This document shows, in pieces, positions 43,434 to 52,872 of a DNA stretch of 64,000 nt. Origin of the DNA: Rickettsiaceae bacterium (GTDB lineage Bacteria; Pseudomonadota; Alphaproteobacteria; Rickettsiales; Rickettsiaceae); contig JBGCEV010000002.1 in assembly GCA_045106605.1 (NCBI GenBank), positions 25,996 through 89,995 on the forward strand. Direction: 5' to 3'. The number at the start of each line of letters is the position of its first letter. Positions within the stretch are counted from its first letter, which is position 1. The position numbers were made by a program, and so were the translations under genes. The notes under the pieces were generated by a model that saw nothing but the letters and a program-made list of their open reading frames with translations, searched no databases and was not told where the DNA came from.

Positions 43434-44954
43434 ATGAGGCATAAAAAAGGGTTCCCAACATACATTTCCGGGCTTCTTGGTTATAAGGGAAATATTATCA
43501 TATTGCTCGGTAGACAAGGAATAAAGTTAGTAGCACTAACTAGGTCCGCGCCTCCAGATATTGAATTTATTGACTATGCTACAAACAACTATTTGCAAGG
43601 ATGTTTCAAATTTATCGCTAAGCATCCCTATTATCAAATTACATTGCTTCTTGATCATAATGAATGCTATTTAAAGCACGAAACTTTTCCCATATTAAAC
43701 TCAATAGTAAGTCACGACCTCATTAATAGATTTATTGCCGAAAATTATAAATTAGAAGATATTGTTGGTTATAATATTCATGAAATTAACAACCAAACAC
43801 GAGAAGAATTGAATGTTTGTCTTGCTGCTTCACCAATGACTAATGTAATTAATGAATTAGTAAAATACGTTATTAATAATTCATTAAGATACGGAGGTGT
43901 ATATTTTTTATCCCTCGAATTTGTACCAATAATTGACCATTTACTTAAAATAACTAACAATACACATTATCAAAAACATTTACAAATCCTTACCACAATT
44001 ACCGAATCATCTGGCATTAAATGTATTGTCAAATATAAGAAGAATATTATAAACGAAGAAACAGTTAACTACCCGCCAAATAAATCTGATTTATACATCC
44101 AGGGATGTATAGAACAAACAGTTCGTGACCAACTATTATTTTGCAAACAATTCATCAAGACTTCTAACGTAAAAGTGTGCATAATATTCCTTCTGGATAC
44201 ATCCATACTTCACCTAGTTAGTAAACTTGATTTCGATTCCCATAAAATCATTGCCATCCCCCCTCAATATCCTGAAATTGAAAATCGTTTTTTTGATACT
44301 AATTTTATTGCGTTATTTGATCAATATCGCACCTATCTGGCGTCTAATAAAGCTCTTAGAGTTATTAGGCTACTAAGTTTTATCAATCATCGATTATTTC
44401 CACCTTTAGTAGGGGTATTTGCAATCATAATTATTATGCTGGCTGGTGTACAATATTACAGCCTACGATTAGAATCTAATATTAGTAAGTTACTGACCCA
44501 GGACTACAGATTATTTGAAGAATATAGACACATGAAGGCGCATAATTTAGAATTTGGTAATATTGGTGATTTAGTAGATTTATATAATACAGAGCAAATT
44601 ATTAATAAGCAACCAGCAATGCCGCAAACAGATATAAAAGCTTTAATTAATTTGCAAACGAATAATTTTAAAATTAGACAACTAACTTGGCAAATTATCA
44701 ATCCCGTATTCTATAATCTGCCAAAAAGCAATTTAGAAATATCGGTGAAAGCTCATTATACTGACAAAATAGATACTAAGGATAAAGGGCAAAAATGTAT
44801 CAATGAATACTTAAATAATGTACGTGCTATTTTTCCAAATTATAAAATTAAGCATAAAAAAACCCATGATATATACGAATATGCAAATAGAACCATTATT
44901 CCTACTGATTTTGTCATTGAGGGCAGAATAGGAGAAACAATGCATGCAAAATAA
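43434..44954 (+). CDS. Hypothetical bitopic membrane protein (about 320-aa cytoplasmic domain, one TM at residues ~321-343, about 160-aa C-terminal domain)
   Basis: A 506-codon open frame in about 30% G+C DNA cannot be chance. Single hydrophobic helix LFPPLVGVFAIIIIMLAGVQYYSL. Its stop overlaps the next gene's start. No family recognised. Confidence 0.7.
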   Translation: MRHKKGFPTYISGLLGYKGNIIILLGRQGIKLVALTRSAPPDIEFIDYATNNYLQGCFKFIAKHPYYQITLLLDHNECYLKHETFPILNSIVSHDLINRFIAENYKLEDIVGYNIHEINNQTREELNVCLAASPMTNVINELVKYVINNSLRYGGVYFLSLEFVPIIDHLLKITNNTHYQKHLQILTTITESSGIKCIVKYKKNIINEETVNYPPNKSDLYIQGCIEQTVRDQLLFCKQFIKTSNVKVCIIFLLDTSILHLVSKLDFDSHKIIAIPPQYPEIENRFFDTNFIALFDQYRTYLASNKALRVIRLLSFINHRLFPPLVGVFAIIIIMLAGVQYYSLRLESNISKLLTQDYRLFEEYRHMKAHNLEFGNIGDLVDLYNTEQIINKQPAMPQTDIKALINLQTNNFKIRQLTWQIINPVFYNLPKSNLEISVKAHYTDKIDTKDKGQKCINEYLNNVRAIFPNYKIKHKKTHDIYEYANRTIIPTDFVIEGRIGETMHAK

Positions 44955-45579
44955 ATCAGTTATCCGTCTTAAAAACATTATTTTCTTAAAGGCTTTGTTA
45001 TTAGCCGTACTGAGTGTGATTATTATTGTGGTTATTGTCATCTTAAAAAATAAGATCACAGCAAATTTATTAGTAAAAAGAACGCTAACAACAGATATAA
45101 ACAATAACAGATCACAATTACAATCTATCCAAAAATTTAAACAAAATCTAAAAAACACAAATTACGATTACAAAAAGTTGTTAAACCATAACCATTTTTC
45201 TTGCAACAAAACAGCAGAACAATTGATCAGTGCTATAAAACAACTAGATACTAAATATAAGTTATTTGCACCAGCACAGATCACAAAGATAAGCGATGTA
45301 ACAATTAGCAATTCTTTAATCAAAAACCATCATGTTAATATCAGATATGATAAAATAATATTGAAATTTGGCATATCTGATTATTCCAGTCTGTTGAATT
45401 TATCAGATGAGTTATATAAAGCAATGCCTTGTGGATCATTTGTTTTGAGTTATCATATTAAAAAAGTAGATTTTTTAACCCCTGAAATAATAGCAACTCT
45501 CAATACGTATAAAGCTCCCGATACTATTCAAGTTAAGATAATAATCTTCCTACAAAACATCATTTATAATGAGCAGTAA
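44944..45579 (+). CDS. Hypothetical bitopic membrane protein (N-terminal TM, coiled-coil-like segment, C-terminal alpha/beta-like domain)
   Basis: 211-aa ORF. TM at residues ~11-34 (NIIFLKALLLAVLSVIIIVVIVIL). The ATG overlaps the upstream stop by 11 nt. Confidence 0.65.
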   Translation: MQNKSVIRLKNIIFLKALLLAVLSVIIIVVIVILKNKITANLLVKRTLTTDINNNRSQLQSIQKFKQNLKNTNYDYKKLLNHNHFSCNKTAEQLISAIKQLDTKYKLFAPAQITKISDVTISNSLIKNHHVNIRYDKIILKFGISDYSSLLNLSDELYKAMPCGSFVLSYHIKKVDFLTPEIIATLNTYKAPDTIQVKIIIFLQNIIYNEQ

Positions 45580-45581
45580 TT

Positions 45582-46580
45582 ATGACAAATAATCTGAATA
45601 TATTGGATGCAACAGATCTTGCACCTTTTACCTTGTGCCTGACTCAATATTTAGATGATAACATGGAAAAGGGCTTAATATCATCTATTGCTACTTTAAT
45701 AGCCATAGATTACAAAAACAGATTAAAATCCAATTATGCTATCGCAGATTATGCTGAGTTATGCGCTACAAGGATCAAACAACATTTAGGTAACAAAGTA
45801 GTAATGGACGAAGATTTTTCATCAGCTATGACCCTGTTTGTTGTAGCTATCACACCAGAAAAAAATAAAAGTGATGATCAAAACAACCTAAAAGAGGAAC
45901 ATCAGGATATATTGATAGATAGCATTATCGCATTACAATTTGCTGATTTAAATCCAAAAGAGCAACAAAATATCAGATTATTACTAAGAGATTTATTGAA
46001 AGACCCTATAGGTAAAGCACTGATGAACTCTATCAGTTCTAATCCTAAGCTGTTTTATTCAGTTGTATTTTCTGCTATCAAAAGCAAACAAAAACAGCAT
46101 GACGTCCTGTTGTCAGTTACCACACATTTAAAACAAATTTTTCATCATTCTAATAAAGCTGACCAATCTGTTATTAATACACAAGGATTATTAACAAAAC
46201 TCGTAGTTACTGGTGGTATTTTAGCCGCGTCATCTCTAGGAGCATTTATTAGTGGTATTTCATTACCAGCGTTAGCTGTACCCGCAATGATTGTAGCTGT
46301 TACAGTCAGTTCCCAATTAGGCCAAAATATTGGTTACAAAGTAGCCAGTAATATGGCTAAAGTGAAAAATGGAGTTAATATACTTGCTAATCTACAAAAA
46401 TCTATGAGCATTCAATCCACAAGCATTGCATTACAAAACCAACTAGATAGTGCGCAGCAAGGTAACCTACACAAACAGGAATTGCCAACCTTAACCCCAG
46501 AGCAGGACGTTGAGAGCAACCATGTTGGTAAAAATTATAAATTTGCTGAACATCAGGAGAAAAACTCCAGACGTAGATAA
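45582..46580 (+). CDS. Hypothetical protein with a bilobed hydrophobic hairpin (residues ~203-243)
   Basis: 332-aa ORF starting 2 nt after the upstream stop. LLTKLVVTGGILAASSLGAFISGISLPALAVPAMIVAVTVSS is the only hydrophobic region. Polar Q/N/S-rich C-terminus. Confidence 0.65.
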   Translation: MTNNLNILDATDLAPFTLCLTQYLDDNMEKGLISSIATLIAIDYKNRLKSNYAIADYAELCATRIKQHLGNKVVMDEDFSSAMTLFVVAITPEKNKSDDQNNLKEEHQDILIDSIIALQFADLNPKEQQNIRLLLRDLLKDPIGKALMNSISSNPKLFYSVVFSAIKSKQKQHDVLLSVTTHLKQIFHHSNKADQSVINTQGLLTKLVVTGGILAASSLGAFISGISLPALAVPAMIVAVTVSSQLGQNIGYKVASNMAKVKNGVNILANLQKSMSIQSTSIALQNQLDSAQQGNLHKQELPTLTPEQDVESNHVGKNYKFAEHQEKNSRRR

Positions 46581-46620
46581 TAACAAATTATTGGGGTAAT
46601 ATTAATATACAAATCCTATT

Positions 46621-47412
46621 TTATTTCTCTGCAAAGGCTGGCTTACCAGGTAGTTTTGAATTTATATAAGTTAATAAACCAGCTGGTAGCAAACAACATA
46701 ATTTCATAAAAATATATAATATCCAAGGAAACGTAACTAAGTGTTTATTACATGCTATACCAGCAGCAACTTTTTCGGCTGCCTTTTCAGCGCTTATAAT
46801 AAATGGCATAGGAAATTGATTAACTTTAGTCATGGGTGTTTGAATGTAACCAGGAATAATTGTTGTAACTGTAATATTGTAACGTTGTAAATATCCACGC
46901 AAGGCATCGCTGAATAAGCGCATCGATCCTTTACTTGCGGAATAAGATGGAGCGCAGGATAGACCTATAATACCCGCCATAGAACTAACAATAGCTATAT
47001 TGCCCTTTTGTTGTTTGATCATATAGGGAATAATCGGCATTATTGTATTTAAAACACCATAAATATTTGTATCAAAAATCTTTTGCACCTGCTCTAGAGT
47101 CTCTGGTCCTTGCAAAGTACCAGCAGATACTCCCGCACAAGCTATTACTATATCTATATTTTGTTCGCGTGCTATTGTTTCTAAACATCGCTTCATAGAG
47201 TTAGCATCTGTAACATCCTCTGAGAAAGTTTGAATATCGCTACCATTTGCTTTACATGATTCAGATACTTCATGCAGCCTTGCATGTGATCTACCAAATA
47301 AAAATAGCCTATGATGCTGTTTGGAGTAATGAACAGCAAGTGCTGCACCTAGCCCACTTGAAGCACCTGTAATAATTATTGTTTTTTGAGTATTGATCAT
47401 TATACTTAGCAC
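46621..47412 (-). CDS. Short-chain dehydrogenase/reductase (SDR) family oxidoreductase
   Basis: Cofactor motif ITGASSGLGAALA and catalytic YSASK. Confidence 0.88.
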   Translation of the reverse strand: MLSIMINTQKTIIITGASSGLGAALAVHYSKQHHRLFLFGRSHARLHEVSESCKANGSDIQTFSEDVTDANSMKRCLETIAREQNIDIVIACAGVSAGTLQGPETLEQVQKIFDTNIYGVLNTIMPIIPYMIKQQKGNIAIVSSMAGIIGLSCAPSYSASKGSMRLFSDALRGYLQRYNITVTTIIPGYIQTPMTKVNQFPMPFIISAEKAAEKVAAGIACNKHLVTFPWILYIFMKLCCLLPAGLLTYINSKLPGKPAFAEK

Positions 47413-47448
47413 AATTTATAACTTAAACTGATTCATTGATACAAATAT

Positions 47449-48021
47449 ATGAACACTAATGCAATGATAATTATTTTATCTGCGCCCTCTGGAGGTGGTA
47501 AATCATCTATAGCACAACAATTATTAGCACTTGATACCAATTTAGTGTTATCAATTTCAGCAACTACTAGAAAAGCAAGAACTGGTGAGAAAGATGGTGA
47601 GCATTATTTTTTTTGCACAAGAAAACAATTTAATGAACTGGAATTGCTAGAACAGGCAGAAATTTATGGCAATTTATATGGCACGCCGAAGAGTTATGTG
47701 GATCAAAAATTGGCATCAGGTCATGACGTATTATTTGATATTGATGCCCAAGGTGCTTATCAGATAATGCAAAAAGCACACGCTAAAGTAGTTAGTATTT
47801 TCATTTTACCTCCAAGTATTGACGAGCTTGAGGCAAGACTAAAAAAAAGAGGACAGGATAATCAGGAATCTATAAAATTAAGGCTACAAGCTGCTAAAGA
47901 GGAAATAACCAACGCTGATAATTATCACTATGCATTGATCAATGATGATTTAGCTCTCACGGTCAAAGAAATAAAAAATATTATTGATTTGGAACGGAGG
48001 CAAAGTAATAAGCATGCGTAA
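47449..48021 (+). CDS. gmk: Guanylate kinase
   Basis: P-loop SAPSGGGKSS; ISATTRKARTGEKDGEHYFF; 190 aa. Confidence 0.93.
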   Translation: MNTNAMIIILSAPSGGGKSSIAQQLLALDTNLVLSISATTRKARTGEKDGEHYFFCTRKQFNELELLEQAEIYGNLYGTPKSYVDQKLASGHDVLFDIDAQGAYQIMQKAHAKVVSIFILPPSIDELEARLKKRGQDNQESIKLRLQAAKEEITNADNYHYALINDDLALTVKEIKNIIDLERRQSNKHA

Positions 48022-49264
48022 AAATTCTAAAAAGAAAATTACAGGGGCATTTTTTGGTACTATAGTTGAATATTACGATTATAGTTTATATGGATTTTCA
48101 GCTGGTATATTAGCTGAAAAATTTTTCCCAGGTACAGATAAAGTTTCTAGCCTCATGTATGTTTTTGCAATTTACGCTCTTTCCTATTTGGCCAAGCCCT
48201 TTGGTGCAATCTTTTTCAGTAAAATAGGAGATAAATATGGTAGAATTATCTCTCTTAAATTAACGATATTCGGAATTGCTATACCAACTGTGATCATTGG
48301 TCTATTGCCGGAAAACCAACATATTGGCTCAACAATTACACTTATTTTAGTATTCTGCAGATTTTTTCAAGGCTTTTTTACTGCTGGGGAATACGATGGA
48401 GCTGCAATCTATGTGATAGAGCATATGGACCAGAAGCATAATTACACCGCATCTGCTATTACTCGGGGCGCAGGGGTTGCCGGCCTATTACTTGGTATAG
48501 CATCAACAAATTTCTTTAATTCTTCTATATTTCCTGAATGGTGCTGGCGAATACCATTTTTATTATCCTTGCCATTGGTTGGTATCACTCTATATTATCG
48601 CAAATTCCTAGAAGAGACACCAGATTTCGTCAAATCACAAAATAACACAGTCCCATTTTCAAATATCATTATTTTTATCAAGACACAATGGAAGCTTCTT
48701 TTAATCGTTACTATGCTCGCTGGCGGGTTTGGTGTGACTTATCAAATAGCAATTATTTTTATGAAGCACTATTTATTACTTGTCATACCAGGGGCTAGTA
48801 ATATTATGAGTTCTTTTTCTGTAATCATCGTGCTCGTTTTTGGTATTACCATGCCTATTGCTGGGGTGCTAGCAGATCGCTTTGGTAGAGAGCTGATTTT
48901 GAATACGAGCCTACTACTCGTTTTGATTAGTTGCGTTGTATTAATCGCAGCCATCAAAATGCAATTATTAAATCTAGCTCTCATTGGCTGCTTATTGCTT
49001 GCTATTGCTGTTTCGCCATTTAATGCATTGTCACACGCTGTACTCATAAGGGCATTTAAGGTAAATGAACGTTATCGTGGTATAGGTCTCGGCCATACTA
49101 CTGGTTCAGTATTGATGTCAGGTACTGCAAGTTATATTTGCTTATTGTTTATAAAAAAATATAATATTATATTTTTTCCGATTATCTACATCGCATTATT
49201 TGCAATTATCGCCTACCTAATGATTAGAATATTAGATAAGAATAAAGATACACACGAAATTTAG
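48014..49264 (+). CDS. MFS metabolite:H+ symporter (ProP-like proline/betaine transporter family)
   Basis: 12-TM protein with the N-terminal FFGTIVEYYDYSLYGF motif typical of ProP-type MHS transporters. The ATG at 48014 is preferred over the track start at 47984. Confidence 0.85.
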   Translation: MRKNSKKKITGAFFGTIVEYYDYSLYGFSAGILAEKFFPGTDKVSSLMYVFAIYALSYLAKPFGAIFFSKIGDKYGRIISLKLTIFGIAIPTVIIGLLPENQHIGSTITLILVFCRFFQGFFTAGEYDGAAIYVIEHMDQKHNYTASAITRGAGVAGLLLGIASTNFFNSSIFPEWCWRIPFLLSLPLVGITLYYRKFLEETPDFVKSQNNTVPFSNIIIFIKTQWKLLLIVTMLAGGFGVTYQIAIIFMKHYLLLVIPGASNIMSSFSVIIVLVFGITMPIAGVLADRFGRELILNTSLLLVLISCVVLIAAIKMQLLNLALIGCLLLAIAVSPFNALSHAVLIRAFKVNERYRGIGLGHTTGSVLMSGTASYICLLFIKKYNIIFFPIIYIALFAIIAYLMIRILDKNKDTHEI

Positions 49265-49291
49265 AACTTAAATACTGATTACAAAATAAAT

Positions 49292-49336
49292 TTCTTGACT
49301 ATTTCTTGACTATTGGCTCAAATTAATGCATATTAC
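49292..49336 (+). promoter_or_regulatory. Candidate promoter of tRNA-Val containing a tandemly duplicated -35 box
   Basis: The 11-nt unit ttcttgactat occurs twice in tandem (49292-49302, 49303-49313), giving two TTGACT hexamers. CATATT/TATTAC lies 17-19 nt after the second, about 12 nt before the tRNA 5' end. Confidence 0.35.
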
Positions 49337-49347
49337 GCTGGATTAAG

Positions 49348-49423
49348 GGGCGATTAGCTCAGTTGGTAGAGCATCTCGTTTACACCGAGACGGTCGGCAG
49401 TTCGAGTCTGTCATCGCCCACCA
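49348..49423 (+). tRNA. tRNA-Val (anticodon UAC)
   Basis: Acceptor gggcgat/atcgccc, D-arm agctcagttggtagagc, anticodon stem tctcg/cgaga with loop tttacac, T-arm ggcag-ttcgagt-ctgtc. CCA is encoded. 76 nt. Confidence 0.95.
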
Positions 49424-49754
49424 TTTTTGAATCAATAGGTTTTAATAATGACCCATAACATTAACAAAATGGTGTTTATCATTAGTGGTTTAATTATTAT
49501 TACTTCCTTATTTATAATTATTAAATCAATACTATAATAGAGTACTACTACAATCAACGATATGGTGATTGACAAGCCTAGTATCTCAACTCTCCAATTA
49601 GTGAATCCTTATGCTTGTCGTAGCTTTACACCAAACAAGTATCTGATTTGTAGACACATATCAATTTATTGGCTCCTTGGATAATTCAGCGATTCATCAA
49701 CAAAGCTTCTTAACACAACCCTTTTTCCATTTACCACCTATTACCTAGCTAATT

Positions 49755-50450
49755 TCATAAAATAGAAGTGGTAATTAATCTTTGAAGATTTGAATAGGAT
49801 ACGTAGCTACTACGCATATTGCTCCATATTACCACTATATTGTCAGCACCAATCAACGCTCTGGCGCTCAATAGGTAACTAATTATCATCTCTCCTGTAG
49901 TCATTGCTAATCCATTGGTTGAGACAGCGACATAAGCGCCTATACCTAGAATCAACGTGCAAGCAATAATCTTAATATTAATAGTAATCAATTCTTTAAC
50001 AAAACGATAGAATTTTGATAAATTATTGTTACTATAAGGTTTGTTTGATAGTTTTAAGGCCTTGCTCGTTATATGAAAACTAAACCACGAATATCCAATA
50101 TTTAAAACGCAGAACAGTATAATATGTGAAGGTGCCATCAGTATGAGGAGTTCTGCTATTTGCTGGATTGAATAATACCCTCCTGCATCCTTGGAATCGA
50201 ATTCTGTGACCTCCCTTACCTATCTATCTGTTGTAACTATCTTAATATAAGCAAATCCCATGACTAAAATCACCCCAATAATTGCTGCAAGTCCAATATA
50301 GGGATGGATAAAAAAGCCTTCTTCAGCCTACTCTTAATATTTACCAAAAGTTTGATTAATAATTTCTATGCTATTGTGTTCTTGGGGAAGTGGCATAAGT
50401 TGCTGCTCATTATGTGTTGTTACTATAAACGGTATCTCCGTTTGCGCACG
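49755..50450 (-). pseudogene. Decayed type I secretion ABC transporter (PrtD/AprD/HlyB-type) - transmembrane-domain remnant only
   Basis: The minus-strand reading AEEGFFIHPYIGLAAIIGVILVMGFAYIKIVTTDR*VREVTEFDSKDAGGYYSIQQIAELLIL runs into ORF 49755-50138 (LILGIGAYVAVSTNGLAMTTGEMIISYLLSARALIGADNIVVIWSNMRSSYVSYSNLQRL). Both follow the conserved T1SS ABC TMD pattern (F..HP.LG ... LG.GAYLVI.G.LT.G.MIA.SIL.GRAL.P ... A..AY.RL). The reading has in-frame stops. The N-terminus and nearly the whole ATPase domain are missing. Only faint Walker-A-like traces may persist down to about 49560. Confidence 0.7.
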
Positions 50451-50673
50451 CTTATCCTACTTATTATGTAAATTAATATAAATTAAAATGTCTGATGCAT
50501 ACAACACACATCTTGAAGAAGCCCGGTGAAGTATGGTACTCGCAAATAATCCCCCATTTTTCTACTTGACTATTATAACAGTCGCAAAGTTCTCTTAGAC
50601 AGGATTTATTGGAATTAGAAAATACAACTTACACAACTAGCATGATCGACTCTAATGACAAGCGAATGGTATT

Positions 50674-52338
50674 TTAAGCTTCTAGGCCAGTAACATTGGC
50701 ACCACCTAAATCCACATCTACATCATTCCCTGTATCGTCAGCATTTAAGGTTTCAATAAGTTCATCAAAAATAGATGGATCAACGCTTACAGAAGAGCCA
50801 GAGGTTAAGTCTGAAATCTGGTATTTTTCTATACAGTGTTTCATTAAATTTGCAAAAACACCGCCTTTCCAGCAGGAGGCTAACCTTTCTGGTGGCAGTT
50901 GCATTTGAGTCATGGCTTTGCTTATAAAAAGTTTTCCAACGCTAATAACATCATTTGTTCTATCATAATGCCATACTAATTCTCTCATTGTTAAGAGCGA
51001 TACATTCAAATCTGTGACAAGATCAGAATTAGGGTATAAAATTAGTTCCTTTAAAATAAATAATGGTACTGCCTCTTGTATAGGCATCTCTGCGTTTATA
51101 TTTTTTGGTTTATAAGTTGTTAACGCTTTTGATAGCAATGATTTATTTTTAAAGAAGTCACCGAACGTTATTGCACTATTTTTAAAATTTAAAATATGGG
51201 CTGGGTAATCTGGTTGATCTGAAACTAAACGTACTACGCGTAATTCATCTGTAATAGATTTAGCCTGTTTATCGATTGAACTAGGTTTATGAAAATCTAA
51301 CACTTCAAGCACAATTCCCACTCCGTCTTTACCCATCAGAACCGGAACGTGCTTTTTCTCTTCTCTTATAGAATCATCCAGCCTATCGTCTAATTGTACT
51401 CTCTCTATTTCTGAAGATGCCATTTTGACAGCCTCTTCTAACGCCTTAATATATTTGGATATCTCTTGTATTTTTGTAGCATTCTTTTTTAACAAATATT
51501 TTTCATTTTTTATACGATATTTTGAATCCGTTCTACCATCCCGTAGTAGTAATGCTGCCTCTACTATATGATTTTCTTTAATTGCATAATCTAACGCAAA
51601 GTAACCACTTGTATCTTGTAAATTCATTACTGCCTGAACAATGAAAAAGCTTAAAACGTCAGTTTTCCCAAGTCTCGCAGCATAATGTAATGCAGTCTGC
51701 CCATTAGAATTAGTTGTATTTAATAATTCTGGTCTAGCATCTACTATGATTTTAACGGCCTCTAAGTTTCCACTACGAACAGCAGCAGATAACTCATTAA
51801 AATCATGTTTTCTTGACTCTAATTTTGCATGATTCTCAACCATATTTTTGATTATTTTAGGTGAATTAGTATAGTCTATTGTATTTTTCAAACCTTTAAA
51901 AAGTTGTTTTTCATATTTTTCAGGATTTGGTACGCTTACAACTCTACCTAATGCACCAGGCTGATCAACTGGCTCAATAATACACATGTCTTTCAACACA
52001 TTTTCTGTATCAAATTCAATAATAATCCCCTCTTCTGGAGGTTTTCCTTGAAACTTCCATATATCTAAATCCTCTATATAATGCCATAAAGGTTGAGTCC
52101 ATACGGAGTCATCATCTTGCACCTTGATTACTGGATACATAGACTTCGCAGTTGTAGCATCATTCTTTCTAAGAATAATAGTTCCACTATTTTTATTCAC
52201 TGTGCCAAGTTGGTAGCTAGCAACCTTTTCAGGTGCCCGTAGATGGCCAATCTCTATACTCCAGCCTCCTTTAATAGCAGTAAGTGACACAGGAATATTA
52301 AACAATTCTATCGGCTCGATAGGTTTGCTACTCTTCAT
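50674..52338 (-). CDS. Ankyrin-repeat protein (2-3 central ANK repeats, unknown N- and C-terminal domains)
   Basis: 554-aa ORF. ANK consensus in LSAAVRSGNLEAVKIIVDARPELLNTTNSNGQTALHYAARLGKTDVLSFF. No signal peptide. Acidic C-terminal tail rich in L/D/A/V/T/S/I/F. Confidence 0.85.
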   Translation of the reverse strand: MKSSKPIEPIELFNIPVSLTAIKGGWSIEIGHLRAPEKVASYQLGTVNKNSGTIILRKNDATTAKSMYPVIKVQDDDSVWTQPLWHYIEDLDIWKFQGKPPEEGIIIEFDTENVLKDMCIIEPVDQPGALGRVVSVPNPEKYEKQLFKGLKNTIDYTNSPKIIKNMVENHAKLESRKHDFNELSAAVRSGNLEAVKIIVDARPELLNTTNSNGQTALHYAARLGKTDVLSFFIVQAVMNLQDTSGYFALDYAIKENHIVEAALLLRDGRTDSKYRIKNEKYLLKKNATKIQEISKYIKALEEAVKMASSEIERVQLDDRLDDSIREEKKHVPVLMGKDGVGIVLEVLDFHKPSSIDKQAKSITDELRVVRLVSDQPDYPAHILNFKNSAITFGDFFKNKSLLSKALTTYKPKNINAEMPIQEAVPLFILKELILYPNSDLVTDLNVSLLTMRELVWHYDRTNDVISVGKLFISKAMTQMQLPPERLASCWKGGVFANLMKHCIEKYQISDLTSGSSVSVDPSIFDELIETLNADDTGNDVDVDLGGANVTGLEA

Positions 52339-52872
52339 TAATAAACCTTCGTAATTTTAGTTGTATGTTACGGGATAGTAAACCTATGATTAAATACTGT
52401 CAATTCTTAATACTGGGCTAATTCAGTCCATTATCTCGCTTACCAATTTCTAGGATTCTAAATCATATCAGGTATTAACTTCCACGATACTTCAATGATT
52501 CATACAACAAAGCCAGAAAGATGCATACATACCAAGGATATTCGGCAATAAATAATACTATTATAACATACTAAGCTATAAATATATGAGTATGGTGTTG
52601 CTATTTTATTGATTGCAAGCCGCACTAATCAATAGCTAATTGACTTATATTATGAAAATGATTCAGAATAGCAGCCAGAAATTAACGGCTTCGTCAAGTT
52701 AATGTAAGGTAAAATATTAGGGTCTTGCATGGAAGGGTGAAAATTATTCAATCTTAGTTATTCGGAGTGAAAATTGATGTATCTAAAGAAAAGTCTAAAA
52801 CCTTATAGATTCAACGACGGCCTCGATATATACAAGAGAGCAGACATAGAGTGGCATAATTAGTTCATTATG

